A stretch of 64,000 bases of DNA from Malacoraja senta (Eukaryota), in contig JAXLNO010000884.1 of the NCBI GenBank assembly GCA_038087875.1, positions 186,001-250,000 of the forward strand. Direction: 5' to 3'. Position numbers and translations under genes: made by a program. Shown here piece by piece: positions 1 through 15,169 of the stretch. The number at the start of each line of letters is the position of its first letter. Positions within the stretch are counted from its first letter, which is position 1. A model generated the notes under the pieces. That model was not told where the DNA came from. It ran no database searches and worked only from the letters and a program-made list of their open reading frames with translations.

Positions 1-3000
1 CTTCAGAACACGAAAAGCGACGTTAATTCAGCACGTGAAAAGTGATGAAAATTCAGCATTCCAAAAGTGACGAAATTTCCGGAAGTGAAAAGCGACGAAA
101 ATTAAGCATGCGAATAGCGACGAAATTTCAGCACACAAAACGCGATTAAAATTTAGCATGCGAAACGTGACGAAATTACAGGACACATACAGCGACGAAA
201 TTTCAGATCGTGAAAAGCGGCGAAATTTCAGCACACGAAAAGGGAGGAACCTTCAGGACATTAAAACCAACGAAAATTCAGCAGGCGTAAAGTAACGAAA
301 ATTCAGCGCAAAAAGCGACAAACCTTCAGGACACGAAAAGCGATGAAAATGAAGCATGCATAAACGACAAAAATTCAGGTCATGAAAGGCAACGAAATTT
401 CAGCATGCGAAAAGTGACGAAAATTCAGCATGCGAAAAGCGCCGATCCTTCAAGACGCAAAAAGCGATGAAAATGAAACGCAAAAAGCGACGAAAGTTCA
501 GCAAGCAAAAAGCGACAAAAATTCAGCATGCAAAAAGCGACAAAACATCAGGACGCATAAAGCGATGAAACATCAGGACGCATAAAGTAACAACATTTCA
601 AAACATGAAAAGCGGCGAAATTTCAGCAAACTAAGAGCGAGGAAAATTTAGCATGCGAAAAGTGAGGAAAATTCAGCACGCGAAAAGAGAGGAACCTTCA
701 GGACGGTAAAACCAACGAAAATTCAGCACGCGTAAAGTGACAAAAATTCAGCCTGCGAAAAGCAACAAAATTTCAAAACGTGAAAAGCGGAGAAATTTCA
801 GCACAGGAAAACCGATGAAAAGTCAGCATGCGAAAAGCGACGAAAATTCAGCACGCGGAAAGAGAGGAACCTTTAGGACGTTTAAACCAAAGAAAATTCA
901 GCACGCGTAAAGTGACAAAAATTGAGCACGCGTAAAGCGACGAAAATTCAGCATGTTAAAAGAGATGAAACTTCAGCACGCGAAAAGAGTGGAACCTTCA
1001 CAACGTTAAAACCAACGAAAATACAGCACGGGGAAAGTGACAAAAATTCAGCCTGTGAAAAGTGACGAAAATTTATCACGTGAAAAGCGATGAAAATTTT
1101 GCATGCAAAAAGTGACAAAAATTCAGCACGCGAAAAGCGACGTGATATCAAGAGGAATAAACCGACGAAATTTCAGGACATGAAAGGTGACTAAATTTCA
1201 GGACATGAAAGGCGACGAAATTTCAGCACGCAAAATGCGACGAAAATTCAGCATGCGAAAAGAGAGGAACGTTCAGGACGTTAAAACCAATGAAAATTAA
1301 AAAATTGACAAAAGTGACAAAAATTCAGCACGATTGAAGCGACGAAAATTCAGCCTGTGAAAAGCGATGAAAATACAGCACGAGAAAAGTGACGAACATT
1401 CAGGACGCGATTACCGACGATAATTCAGCACGTGAAAAGCGACAAATATTCAGCGCGTCAAAAGTGACGAAATTTCAGGATGTGAAAAGTAACGAAATAT
1501 CAGAACAAGAAATGCGACAAAATTTTAGCACGCAAAAAGTGACAAAATTTCTAAACGTTAAATGCGACGAAAATTAAGCATGCGAAAAGCGATGAAAATT
1601 CAGCATGTGAAAAGCGACGATCCTTCAGGACGTGAAAAGTGACGATACTTCAGCACGTGAAAAGTGACGGAAATTCCATATGAGATAAGTGACTAAATGA
1701 AGCACGCAAAAAGCGACAAAAATTCAGCATACAAAAAGCGACAAAAATTCAGCACGCGAAATGCAATGTAATATCAGGACGAATAAGGCAACGAAATTTC
1801 AGGACGTGAAAGGCGACGAAATTTCAGGACATGAAAGGCGACGAAATTTCAGCATGCGAAAAGCGACAAAAATTCAGCCTGTGAAAAGCGCTGAAAATTC
1901 AACACGTGAAAAGTGACAAACCTTCAGGACACGAAAAACAACGATAATTCAGCACGAGAAAAGTGACAAAAATTCAGCACGCGAAAAGCGACGAAAATTC
2001 AGCACGTAAAAAGTGATGAAATTTCAGGACGTGGAAAGCGACAAAATATCAGCACACGAAAAGCGACAAAAATTCAGCACGCAAAAACTGACGGAATTTC
2101 AGAACATGAAAAGCGACAAAAATTAACCACGCAAAAAGCGACGAAAATTCATCACGCGAAAAGTGATGAAATTTCAGGACGTGAAAAGCGACGAAATTTC
2201 AGCATACTAAAAGCTACGAAAATTCACCATGCGAAAAGTGACAAAATTTCAGCGCGCAAAAAGCGACGATCCTTGAGGACGTGAAAAGCGACGAAAATTC
2301 AGCACGACAAAAGTGACAACATTTCAGGACATGAAAAGCGACGAAGTATCAGCACACGAAAAGCGCCGAAATTTCAGCACACAAAAAACGACGAAAATTC
2401 AGCATGCGATAAGTGACGAAATTAAAGGACGCATAAAACGACGATATTATCAGAACATGAAAAGCGACGACATTTCAGCAGTCAAAAAGCGCCGAAATTT
2501 CAGCACAAATAAAGCGACGAAAATTCAGCATGTGAAAAGCGACGAAACATCAGGACATATAAAGCGATGAAACATATGGACACATGAAGCAACAAAATTT
2601 AAAAACGTGAAAAGCGGCGAAATTTCAGCACACGAAAAGCGACGAAAAGTCAGCATGCGAAAAGCGACGAAAATTCAGCACGCGAAAATCAACAAACCTT
2701 CAGGACGCGAAAAGTCACGGAAATTCCGCACGGGAAAAGTGACTACATTTCAGAACGTGAAAAGTGACGAAAATTTTGCATGCGAAAAGTGATGAAAATT
2801 CAGCATGCAAAAAGCGACAAAAATTCAGCACGCGAAAAGCGACGTAATATCAGGACGAATAAACCGACGAAATTTCAGGACATGAAATGCGACGAAATTT
2901 CAGGACATGAAAGGCGACGAAATTTCAGGACATGAAAGGCGACGCGAAATTCAGGACGTTAAAACCAACGAAAATTCAGCACGCGTCAAGTGATAAAAAT

Positions 3001-6000
3001 TCAGCACACGTAAAGCGACGAAATTTCTGAACATGAAAAGTGGCGCGAAATTCAGCACGCGAAAAATGACAAACCTTCAGGACGTGAAAAGCCACGGAAA
3101 TTCCACACGAGATAAGTGACTAAATTTCAGAATGTGAAAAGTGAAGAAAATGAAGCATGCAAAAAGCGACGAAAATTCAGTATACAAAAAGCGCCAAAAT
3201 TTCAGCACGCGAAATGCGATATAATATCAGGACGAATAAGGCAACGAAATTTCAGGACGTGAAACGCGACGAAATTTCAGGACATGAAAGGCGACGAAAT
3301 TTCAGCACGCCAAAAGCAACAAAAATTCAGCCTGAGAAAAGCAATGACAATTCAACACGTGAAAAGTGACGATCCTTCAGGAGACAAAAAGCGATGGTAA
3401 TTCAGCACGAGGAAAGTGAAAAAAATTCAGCACGCGGAAAGCGACAAAAATTCATCACGCCAAAAGTGATGACATTTCAGGACGTGAAAAGCGACGAAAT
3501 ATCAGCACACAAAAAGCGACGAAAATTCAGCACGCAAAAAGTGATGACTTTTCAGAACATGAAAAGCGACAAAAATTGAGCACGCAAAAAGCGACGAAAA
3601 TTCAGCACGCGAAAAGTGATGACATTTCAGAACATGAAAAGCGACAAAAATTGAGCACGCAAAAAGCGACGAAAATTCAGCACGCGAAAAGTGATGACAT
3701 TTCAGGACGTGAAAAGCGACGAAATTTCAGCATTCTAAAAGCGATGAAAATTCACCATGCGAAAAGGGACGAAATTTCAGCGCGCAAAAAGCGACGATCC
3801 TTCAGGACGTGAAAAGCGACGAAAATTCAGCATGCCAAAAGTGACGAAATTTCAGGACATGAAAAGCGACGAAATATCAGCACAAGAAAAGCGCAGAAAT
3901 TTCAGCACAGAAAAAGCGAAGAAAATTCAGCATGCGAAAAGCGATGAAATTAAAGGACACGAAAAGCAACGTAATATCAAGACCAATAAACCGACGAAAT
4001 TTCAGGACATGAAAGGCGACGAAATTGCAGGACATGAAAGGCGACGAAATTTCAGCACGCAAAATGCGACGAAAATGCAGCATGCGGAAAGAGAGGAACG
4101 TTCAGGATGTTAAAACCAATGAAAATTCAAAAATTGACAAAAGTGACACAAATTCAGCATGATTAAAGCGACGAAAATTCAGCCTGTGAAAAGCGATGAA
4201 AATTCAGCACGTGAAAAGTGATGAAATTTTAGGACGTGAAAAGCGACGAAATATCAGCACACGAAAAGCGACGAAAATTCAGCACGTAAAAAGTGACGGA
4301 ATTTCAGAACACGAAAAGCGACGAAAATTAACCACGCAAAAAGCGACAAAAATTCATCACGCGAAAAGCGACGAAATATCAGAACATGAAAAGCTACGAC
4401 ATTTCAGCAGTCGAAAAGCGCCGAAATTTCAGCACACAAAAAGCGACGAAAATTCAGCATGTGAAAAGAGATGAAACATCAGGACGCATAAAGCAATGAA
4501 ACAACAGGATGCATAAAGCAACAAAATTTCAAAACGTGAAAAGCGGAAAAATTTCAGCACACGAAAAGCGATGAAATGTCAGCATGCGAAAAGCGACGAA
4601 AATTCAGCACGCGAAAAAAGAGGAACCTTTAGGACGTTTAAACCAAAGAAAATTCAGAACGCGTAAAGTGACAAAAATTAAGCACGCGTAAAGCGACGAA
4701 AATTCAGCATGTTAAAAGCGATGAAACTTCAGCACGCGAAAAGAGAGGAACCTTCACAACGTTAAAACCAACGAAAATACAGCACACGTATAGTGACGAA
4801 CATTCAGCACGCGAAAATCAGCAAACCTTCAGGACGCGAAAAGTGACGGAAATTCCGCACGGGGAAAGTGACTAAATTTCAGAACGTGAAAAGTGACGAA
4901 AAGTTAGCACGCGAAAAGCGATGAAAATTCAGCATGCAAAAACCGACAAAAATTCAGCACGTGAAAAGCGACGTAATATCAAGACGAATAAACCGACGAA
5001 ATTTCAGGACATGAAAGGCGACGAAATTTCAGGACATGAAAGGCGACGAAATTTCAGCACGCAAAATGCGACGAAAATTCAGCATGCGAAAAGAGAGGAA
5101 CGTTCAGGACGTTAAAACCAATGAAAATTCAAAAATTGACAAAAGTGACAAAAATTCAGCACGATTAAAGCGACGAAAATTCAGCCTGTGAAAAGCAATG
5201 AAAATTCAGCACGTGAAAAGTGACGAACTTTCAGAACGCGATTACCAACGATAATTCAGCACGTGAAAAGCAACAAAAATTCAGCACACCAAAAGTGACG
5301 AAATTTCAGGACGTGAAAAGCGAAAAAATATCAGAACAAGAAAAGCGACGAAAATTCAGCATGCAAAAATGGACAAAAATTCTGCACGCGAAAACCAACG
5401 TAATATCAGGATGAATAATGCGACGAAATTTCAGGACGTGAAAGTCGACGGAATTTCAGGACATGAAAGGCGAAAAAATTTCAGCACGCGAAAAGCAACG
5501 AACATTCAGCCTGCGTAAAGCGATGAAATTTCAGCAAGTGAAAAGTGACGAACCTTCAGGACGCGAAAAGCAACGAACATTCATCACGCGAAAAGTGGTG
5601 GAATTTCAGAACATGTAATGCGACGAAAATCCAGCATGCGAAAAGCGACGAAAATTCAGTACATGAAAAGCACCGAAAATTCAGCAAGCGAGCAGCGAAG
5701 AAAATTCTGCACGCAAAAAGAGAGGTGTGACAATGCTTCAAGGTGCGAAAAGCGATGAAAATGAAGCAGGTGAAAACCAACGAAAATTCAGCACGTGAAA
5801 AGTGACGAAATTTCAGCACGCGAAAAGCGACAAACCTTCAGAATGTGAAAAGTGTTGAAAATTTCGCACGCGAAAACCAACGGAAATTCAGCACGTGATA
5901 ACCGACGAAAATTCAGCAAGTGAAAAGCGACGAAAATTCTGCACGCAAAAAGAGAGGAACCTTCAGGGCGCGAAAAGCGATGAAAATGAAGCACGCGAAA

Positions 6001-9000
6001 ACCAACAAAAATTCCGCACGTGAAAAGTGATGAAAATTCAGCACGCGAAAAGCGACAAACCTTCAGGATGCGAAAAGTGACAAAAATTCCGCGTGCAAAT
6101 TCCAACGGAAATTCAGCATGCGAAATGCGATGAAAATTCTGCATTCAAAAAGCGACGAACCTTCAGGACGCGAAAAGCGAAGAAAATGATGCATGCGAAA
6201 AGCGACGGAAATTCATCATGTGAAAAGCGACGAAAATTCAGCACACGAAAAGCGACGTAAATTCAGAATGCAAAATGCGTGGAAAAATCAGGACGCATAA
6301 AGCGACGAAATTTCAGGACGTGAAAAGCAACGAAATTTCAGCCTACAAAAAGCGATGAAATTTCAGAACATTAAAAGCGACAAATTCAGCATGCGAAAAG
6401 CAAAGAAAATTCAGCATGAGAAAAGCGACGAAATTTCTGCACGCGAAAAGCGACGGAATTTCAGCATGAGAAAAGCGATGAAAATTCAGCACGTGAAAAG
6501 TGACGGACTTACAGGGCCTGAAAAGCAACGAACATTCAGCATGCGAAAAGTGACGAAATTTCATAACATGAAGAGCAACGAAATTCCAGCATGCGAAAAG
6601 CGAGGAAATTTCAGAACGTGATAAGCGCCGAAAATTCAGCAAGCGAAAAGCGACGAAAATTCAGCACGTGAAAAGTGACGAAAATTCAGCACGTGAAAAG
6701 CGACAAACGTTCAGGATGCAAAAATGACGAAAATTCGGCACGCGAAAAACAACGAAAATTCAGCACGCGATAAGCGTCGAAAATTCTGCACGCAAAAAGA
6801 GAGGAACCTTCAGGGCATGAAAAGCGATGAAAATGAAGCACGCAAAAACAAACGAAAATTCAGCACGTCAAAAGTGACGAAAATTCAGCATGTGAAAAGC
6901 GACAAACCTTCATGATGCGAAAAGTCACAAAAATTCCGCATGCGAAAACCAATGAAAATTCAGCACGCGATAAGCGACGAAAATTCAGCATGCGAAACGC
7001 GACGAAAATTCTACATCCGAAATGCGACGAACCTTTAGGACGCCAAAAGCGATGAAAATGATGCATGTGAAAAGCGACGGAAATACATCATGCGAAAAGT
7101 GACAAAAATTCAGCACGCGAAAAGCAACTTAAATTCAGAACGTGAAATGCGATGAAAAATCAGGACGCATAAAGCGACGAAATTTCAGGACGTGAAAAGC
7201 GACGAAATTTCAGCCTACGAAAAGATGAAAATTCAGAACGTTAAAAGCGACGAAAATTCAGCACGAGAAAAGCTACGAAAATTCAGCATGCGAAAAGCGA
7301 CGAAAATACTGCACGCGAAAAGCGACGAAAATTCAGCATGGGAAAAGTGACGGACTTACAGGATGCGAAAAGCGATAAAACATTCAGCATGCGAAAAGTG
7401 ACGAAATTTCAGAACGTGAAAAGTGACGAAAATTCAGCACACAAAAAGCGACGTAAATTCAGGATGCGAAATGCGATGAAACATCAGGACGCATAAATCG
7501 ACGACATTTCAGGACGTGAAAAGCAATGAAATTCCAGCAAGAGAAAAGCGACGAAAATTCAGAACGTTAAAAGCGACGAAAATTCAGCATGCGAAAAGCT
7601 AAGAAAATTCAGCATGAGAAAAGCGACAAAATTTCTGCACGCGAAAAGCGACGAAAATTCAGCCTGCAAAAAGTGATGAAAATTCAGCACGTGAAAAGTG
7701 ACTGAATTTCAGTACATGAAAAGCAATGAAAATCCAGCACGCGAAAGGCGACGAAAATTCAGTATGCGAAAAGCAACGAAAATTCACCACGCGAAAAGTG
7801 ACGAAATTTCAGAACATGATAAGCGCCGAAAATTCAGCAAGCGAAAACGACGAAAATTCAGCATGAAAAAAGCGACGAAAATTCTGCACGCAAAAAGAGA
7901 GGAACCTTCAGTATGCGAAAAGTGACGAAAATTCCGCATGCGAAAACCAACGATAATTTAGCAAGTGATAAGCGACGAAAATTCAGCATGCGAAATGGGA
8001 CGAAAATTCAGCATTCGAAAAGCGACGAACTTTCAGGACGCGAAAAGCGATGAAAATGATGCACGCATAAAACGGCGGAAATTCATCATGTGAAAAGCGA
8101 CGAAAATTCAACACACGAAAAGCGACAAAAATTCAGCATGCGAAAAGCGATGAAAATTCAGCACGAGAAAAGTGACGGATCTACAGGACGAAAAATGCGA
8201 CGAACATTCAGCATGCGAAAAGTGACGAGATTTCAGAACGTGAAAAGCGACGAAAATCCACCACGCGAAAAGCGACGAAAATTCAGCATGTGAAAAGCAA
8301 CGAAAATTCACCACGCGGGGAGTGACGATATTTCAGAATGTGAGAAGCGCCGAAAATTCAGCAAGCAAAAAGCGACGAAAATTGAGCATGAGAAAAGCGA
8401 TGAAAATTCTGCACGCAAAAAGAGAGGAACCTTCAGGGCGCGAAAAGCGACGAAAATTCAGCATGGGAAAAGTGACGGACTTACAGGATGCGAAAAGCAA
8501 CAAACATTCAGCATGCGAAAAGTGACGAAATTTCAGAACGTGAAAAGTGACGAAAATCCAGCACGCAAAAAGCGACGGAAATCAGCACGTGAAAAGCGAT
8601 GATAATGAAGCACGCGAAAAGCGAGGGAAATTCATCATGCGAAAAATGACAAAAATTCAGCACGTGAAAAGCGACGAAAATTCAGGACACAAAAAGCGAC
8701 GTAAATTCAGGATGCGAAATGCGATGAAACATCAGGACGCATAAATCAACGAAATTTCAGGACATGAAAAGCGACGAAATTTCAGCAAGAGAAAAGCGAC
8801 GAAATTTCAGCAAGAGAAAAGCGATGAAATCTCAATACACGAAATGCGACGTAAATTCAGGACACGAAATGTGATGAAACATCAGGACGCAGAAAGCAAC
8901 AAAATTTCAGGACGTGAAAAGCGACGGAATTTCAGCAAGCGAAAAGCGACGAAAATTCAGCATGCGAAAAGCGACAAAAATTCAGCATGCGAAAAGCTAC

Positions 9001-12000
9001 AAAAATTCAGCATGCGAAAAGCGACGTAAATTCAGCACGCAAAAATCGACGAACCTTCACGATATGAAAAGCGACGATAATTCAGAACGTGAAAAGCGAA
9101 GAAATTTCAGAACAAGAAAAGCGACAGAATTTCTGCACACGAAAAGCGACGAAAATTCAGTAAGCGAAAAGTGACGAAAATTCAGCACGCGAAAACGGAG
9201 GAACCTTCAGGACACGAAAAGTGATTTTTAAAAAACGAAGCACGTGAAAAAGAACGAAAATTCAGCACGCGAAATGTGACGAAAATTCAGCACGTGAAAG
9301 GCGACAAACTTTCAGGATGCGAAAAGTAACTAAAATTCCGCATGCGAAAAACAACGAAAATTCAGCACGTGAAAATCGACGAAAATTCAGCATGTGAAAT
9401 GCGACGAAAATTTTGCATTCGGAAAGCGACGAAGCTTCAGGAGGTGAAAAGCGATGAAAATGAAGCACGCGAAAAGCGACAAAAATTCTACATTACGAAA
9501 AGCGACGTAAATTCAGGACGCAAAATACGATGAAACATCAGGACTCATAAAGCGACTAAATTTCAGGACGTGAAAAGCAACGAAATTTCTGCACGCGAAA
9601 AGCGACGAAAATTCAGCCTGCTGAAAGCGATGAAAATTTAGCACATGAAAAGTGACGGACCTACAGGACGCGAAAAGTGACGAACATTCAGCAGGCGAAA
9701 GGTGACGAAATTTCAGAACGTGAAAAGCGCCGAAATATCAGCAAGAGAAAAGCGACGAAAATTCAGCAAGCAAAAAGCGAAGAAAATTCTGCACGCAAAC
9801 AGAGATGAACCTTCAGGGCGCGAAAAACGACGAAAATGAAGCACGCAAAAAACAACGAAAATTCAGCACGTTAAAAATGACGAAAATTCAGCACGCGAAA
9901 AGCGACAAACCATCACGATGCGAAAAGTGACGAAAACTCCGCACGCGAAAACCAACGAAAATTCAGCACACGATAAGGGATGAAAATTCAGCAAGCGAAA
10001 AGCGATGAAAACGCAAAAAGAGAGGAACAAGGACGCGAAAAGCGATGAAAATGAAGCACGCAAAAATCAACGAAAATTCAGCATGTAAAAAATGACGAAA
10101 ATTCAGCAAGCGAAAAGCGACAAACCTTCAGGATGCGAAAAGTGACTAAAATTCCGCACGTGGAAGCCAATGAAAATTCAGCATGCGAAATGCGACAAAA
10201 ATTCAGCATGCGAAAAGCGACGTACCTTCAGGATGCGAAAAGTGGTGCAAATGAAGCACGCGAAATGCAACGAAAATTCAGCATGCGAAAAGTGACAAAA
10301 ACTCAGCACACGAAAAGTGACGAAAATTCAGCACACGAAAAGTGACGTAAATTCAGAATGTGAAATGCGATGAAACATCAGGACGCATAAAGCGACAAAA
10401 TTTCAGGATGTGAAAAGCGACGAAATTTCAGCAAGCGAAAAGCGACGAAAATTCAACACACAAAATGCGACGTAAATTCAGGACACGAAATGCAATAAAA
10501 CATCAGGACACATAAAGCGGCGAAATTTCAGGACGTGAAAAGCGACGAAAATTCTGCACGCAAAAAGAGAGGAACCTTCAGGGCGCGAAAAACTATGAAA
10601 ATGATGCACGCGAAAACCAACATACATTCAGGATGCAAAATGCGATGAAATCAGGACGCATAAAGCGACGAAAATTCAGCCTGTGAAAAGCGATGAAAAT
10701 TCAGCATGTGAAAAGTGATGAATCTTCAGGATACGAAAAGCGACGTAAATTCAGCACGCAAAAAGTGGCAAGTATTCAGCATGCGAAAAGCGACGACCAT
10801 TCAGCACTCGAAAAGCGACGAAAATTCAGCATGCAAAAATTGACGAAAATTCAGGATGCATAAAGCGACGAAATTTCAGAACGAGAAAAGCGACAACATT
10901 TCAGCACACGAAAAGCGCCAAAAATTCAGCAAGTGAAAAGTGATGACATTTCAGCACGCGAAAAGAGAGGAACCTTCAGGACGCGAAAAGCAATGAAAAT
11001 GAAGCATGCGAAAACCAACGAAAATTCAGCACGTGAAAGGCGACAAACCTTCAGGATGTGAAAAGTAACGAAAATTCCATACGTGAAAACCAATGAAGAT
11101 TCAGCACACGAAAAGCGATGAAGCTTCAGGACACGAAAAGCGACGAAAATTCCGCATGCGAAAACCAACGAAAATTCAGCACACGAAAAGCGACGAAAAT
11201 GCAGCATGCGAAATGCGATGGAAATTCAGCATTCAAAAAGCGACGAACCTTCAGGACGTGAAAAGCGATGAAAATGAAGCACGCGAAAAGCGACGGAAAT
11301 TCAGCATGCGAGAAGTGACTAAAATTCAGCACGCGAAAAGCGACGAAAATTCAGCACACGAAAAGCGACGTAAATTCAGGATGCAAAATGTGATGAAACA
11401 TCAGGATGCATAAAGCGACGAAATTTCAGGACATGAAAAGCGACGGAATTGCAGCAAGCGAAAAGCTACGAAAATTCTGCACGCAAAAATAGAGGAACCT
11501 TCGGGGCGCGAAAACTGGTGAAATTTCTGCACGCGAAAAGCGACGAAAATTCAGCCTGCTGAAAGCGATGAAAATTTAGCACATGAAAAGTGACGGACCT
11601 ACAGGACGCGAAAAGTGACGAACATTCAGCAGGCGAAAGGTGACGAAATTTCAGAACGTGAAAAGCGCCGAAATATCAGCAAGAGAAAAGCGACGAAAAT
11701 TCAGCAAGCAAAAAGCGAAGAAAATTCTGCACGCAAACAGAGATGAACCTTCAGGGCGCGAAAAACGACGAAAATGAAGCACGCAAAAAACAACGAAAAT
11801 TCAGCACGTTAAAAATGACGAAAATTCAGCACGCGAAAAGCGACAAACCATCACGATGCGAAAAGTGACGAAAACTCCGCACGCGAAAACCAACGAAAAT
11901 TCAGCACACGATAAGGGATGAAAATTCAGCAAGCGAAAAGCGATGAAAACGCAAAAAGAGAGGAACAAGGACGCGAAAAGCGATGAAAATGAAGCACGCA

Positions 12001-15000
12001 AAAATCAACGAAAATTCAGCATGTAAAAAATGACGAAAATTCAGCAAGCGAAAAGCGACAAACCTTCAGGATGCGAAAAGTGACTAAAATTCCGCACGTG
12101 GAAGCCAATGAAAATTCAGCATGCGAAATGCGACAAAAATTCAGCATGCGAAAAGCGACGTACCTTCAGGATGCGAAAAGTGGTGCAAATGAAGCACGCG
12201 AAATGCAACGAAAATTCAGCATGCGAAAAGTGACAAAAACTCAGCACACGAAAAGTGACGAAAATTCAGCACACGAAAAGTGACGTAAATTCAGAATGTG
12301 AAATGCGATGAAACATCAGGACGCATAAAGCGACAAAATTTCAGGATGTGAAAAGCGACGAAATTTCAGCAAGCGAAAAGCGACGAAAATTCAACACACA
12401 AAATGCGACGTAAATTCAGGACACGAAATGCAATAAAACATCAGGACACATAAAGCGGCGAAATTTCAGGACGTGAAAAGCGACGAAAATTCTGCACGCA
12501 AAAAGAGAGGAACCTTCAGGGCGCGAAAAACTATGAAAATGATGCACGCGAAAACCAACATACATTCAGGATGCAAAATGCGATGAAATCAGGACGCATA
12601 AAGCGACGAAAATTCAGCCTGTGAAAAGCGATGAAAATTCAGCATGTGAAAAGTGATGAATCTTCAGGATACGAAAAGCGACGTAAATTCAGCACGCAAA
12701 AAGTGGCAAGTATTCAGCATGCGAAAAGCGACGACCATTCAGCACTCGAAAAGCGACGAAAATTCAGCATGCAAAAATTGACGAAAATTCAGGATGCATA
12801 AAGCGACGAAATTTCAGAACGAGAAAAGCGACAACATTTCAGCACACGAAAAGCGCCAAAAATTCAGCAAGTGAAAAGTGATGACATTTCAGCACGCGAA
12901 AAGAGAGGAACCTTCAGGACGCGAAAAGCAATGAAAATGAAGCATGCGAAAACCAACGAAAATTCAGCACGTGAAAGGCGACAAACCTTCAGGATGTGAA
13001 AAGTAACGAAAATTCCATACGTGAAAACCAATGAAGATTCAGCACACGAAAAGCGATGAAGCTTCAGGACACGAAAAGCGACGAAAATTCCGCATGCGAA
13101 AACCAACGAAAATTCAGCACACGAAAAGCGACGAAAATGCAGCATGCGAAATGCGATGGAAATTCAGCATTCAAAAAGCGACGAACCTTCAGGACGTGAA
13201 AAGCGATGAAAATGAAGCACGCGAAAAGCGACGGAAATTCAGCATGCGAGAAGTGACTAAAATTCAGCACGCGAAAAGCGACGAAAATTCAGCACACGAA
13301 AAGCGACGTAAATTCAGGATGCAAAATGTGATGAAACATCAGGATGCATAAAGCGACGAAATTTCAGGACATGAAAAGCGACGGAATTGCAGCAAGCGAA
13401 AAGCTACGAAAATTCTGCACGCAAAAATAGAGGAACCTTCGGGGCGCGAAAACTGGTGAAAATGATGCACGCGAAAACCAACGTAAATTCAGGACGCGAA
13501 ATGCGATGAAACATCAGGATGCATAAAGCGATGAAATTTCAGGACGTAAAAAGCGACGAAAATTCAGCCTGCGAAAAGCGATGAAAATTCAGCCTGCGAA
13601 AAGTGACGAACTTTCAGGACACGACAAGCGACGTAAATTCAGCACGTGAAAAGTGGCAAATATTCAGCATGCGAAAAGCGACGAACATTCAGCACGCGAA
13701 AGGTGACAAAATTTCAGAACGTGAAAAGCGACGAAAATTCAGCACGCGAAAAGTGATGACATTTCAGCATGCGAAAAGCGACAAAAATTCAGCATGCGAA
13801 AAGTGACGAACCTTAAGGACGCGAAAATTCAGCATGCGGAAAGCGACGAACCTTCAGGACTTGAAAATTCAGCACGCGAAAAGTGACGAAATTTCAGAAC
13901 GTGAAAAGTGACGAAAATTCAGCATGCGAAAAGCTACAAAAATTCAGCATGCGAAAAGTGACGAACCTTAAGAACGCGAAAATTCAGCACGCGAAGTGAT
14001 GAAAATTCATCATGCGAAAAGCGACGAAAATGCAGCATGCAATGTGCGACGAGCCTTCAGGACGCGAAAATTCAGCACACGAAATGTGACGAAATTTCAG
14101 AACGTGAAAAGCGGCGAAAATTCAACATGCGAAAATCAATGAAAATTCAGCATGAGGAATGCGACGAAAATTCAGCATGCGAAAAGTGACGAACCATCAG
14201 GACGCAAAAAGCGATGAAAATGAAGCACGTGAAAAGCTACATAAATGAAGTACGTGAAAAGCAACGAAAATTCAGCATGGAAAAAGCTACAAAAAGTTAT
14301 GTAAATTGAGGACACATAAAGCGACGACATTTCAGGACACGAAAATTTCAGCACGCGAAAAGCGATGAAAATTCATCCTGCGAAAAGCGATGAAAATTCA
14401 GCACGTGAAAAGTGACGAACCTTCAGGAAGCCAAAAGCGACGAAAATTCAGAATGAGAAAAGTGACGAAAATTCAGCATGTGAAAAGCGACGAAAATTAA
14501 GCACACGAAAAGCGACGTACCTTCAGGATGCGAAAAGCGATGAAAATTCGGGACGCTAAAAGTGACGAAAATTCAGGACATGAAATGTGACAAAAATTCA
14601 GGACGTGAAATGCAACTAATTTTCAGGACACAAAAAGCGACGAAAATTCAGCAAGTGAAAAGTGACGAAACTTCAGCACGGAAAAGTGACGACATTTCAG
14701 AATGGGAAAAGCTATGAAATTCAGCACGCGAAACGCGATGAAAATTCAGCATGCGAAAAGCTACAAAAAATCAACACGTGAAAAGCGACAAAAATTCAGC
14801 ATACGAAAAGCGACGAAAATTCAGGACGCGAAAAGCGACGAAACCCCAGGAGGCATACAGCGACGAAAATTCAGCACGCGATAAATGACGAAAATTCAGG
14901 GTACGAAAAACGACAAAATTTCAGGACACGAAAAGTGACAAAATTTCGGCATACAAAAAGTGACGAACCTTCAGGATGTGAAAAGTGTCGAAAATTCAGG

Positions 15001-15169
15001 ACGTGAAAAGCAACGCAATTTCAGGACTTGAAAAGCGACGAAATTGCAGTACACACAAAGCGCCGAAATTTCAGCACACATAAAGCGACGAAAATTCAGC
15101 ATGTGAAAAGCAACGAAAAATCAGCACGCGAAAAGTGATGAAAATTCAGGACATGAAAAGCGACAAAAT
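1..15169. repeat. 25-bp satellite DNA array, consensus approx. GCGAAAAGCGACGAAAATTCAGCAC; continues past the window start
   Basis: Tandem 24-25 bp monomers are visible throughout, e.g. 1981-2030 gcgaaaagcgacgaaaattcagcac/gtaaaaagtgatgaaatttcaggac. Variants are mostly CG to TG/CA. Confidence 0.97.
9582..13461. repeat. Apparently exact tandem duplication of a 1,938-bp block inside the satellite
   Basis: Identical translated ORFs recur at a constant +1938 offset (9863/11801, 10133/12071, 10926/12864, 11093/13031, 11126/13064). The junction sequence gaaatttctgcacgcg is at 9582 and 11520. Confidence 0.93.

Noticed and set aside
28-14884. Dozens of K/R/S-rich and F/S-rich ORFs of 60-118 aa
   Set aside because: They are translations of the 25-bp satellite, with phase drifting each monomer; there is no domain content.
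1-15169. CRISPR-like or CENP-B-box interpretation of the array
   Set aside because: There are no unique spacers or cas genes and the context is eukaryotic. The minus-strand TTCG motifs lack the A and CGGG positions of the CENP-B box.
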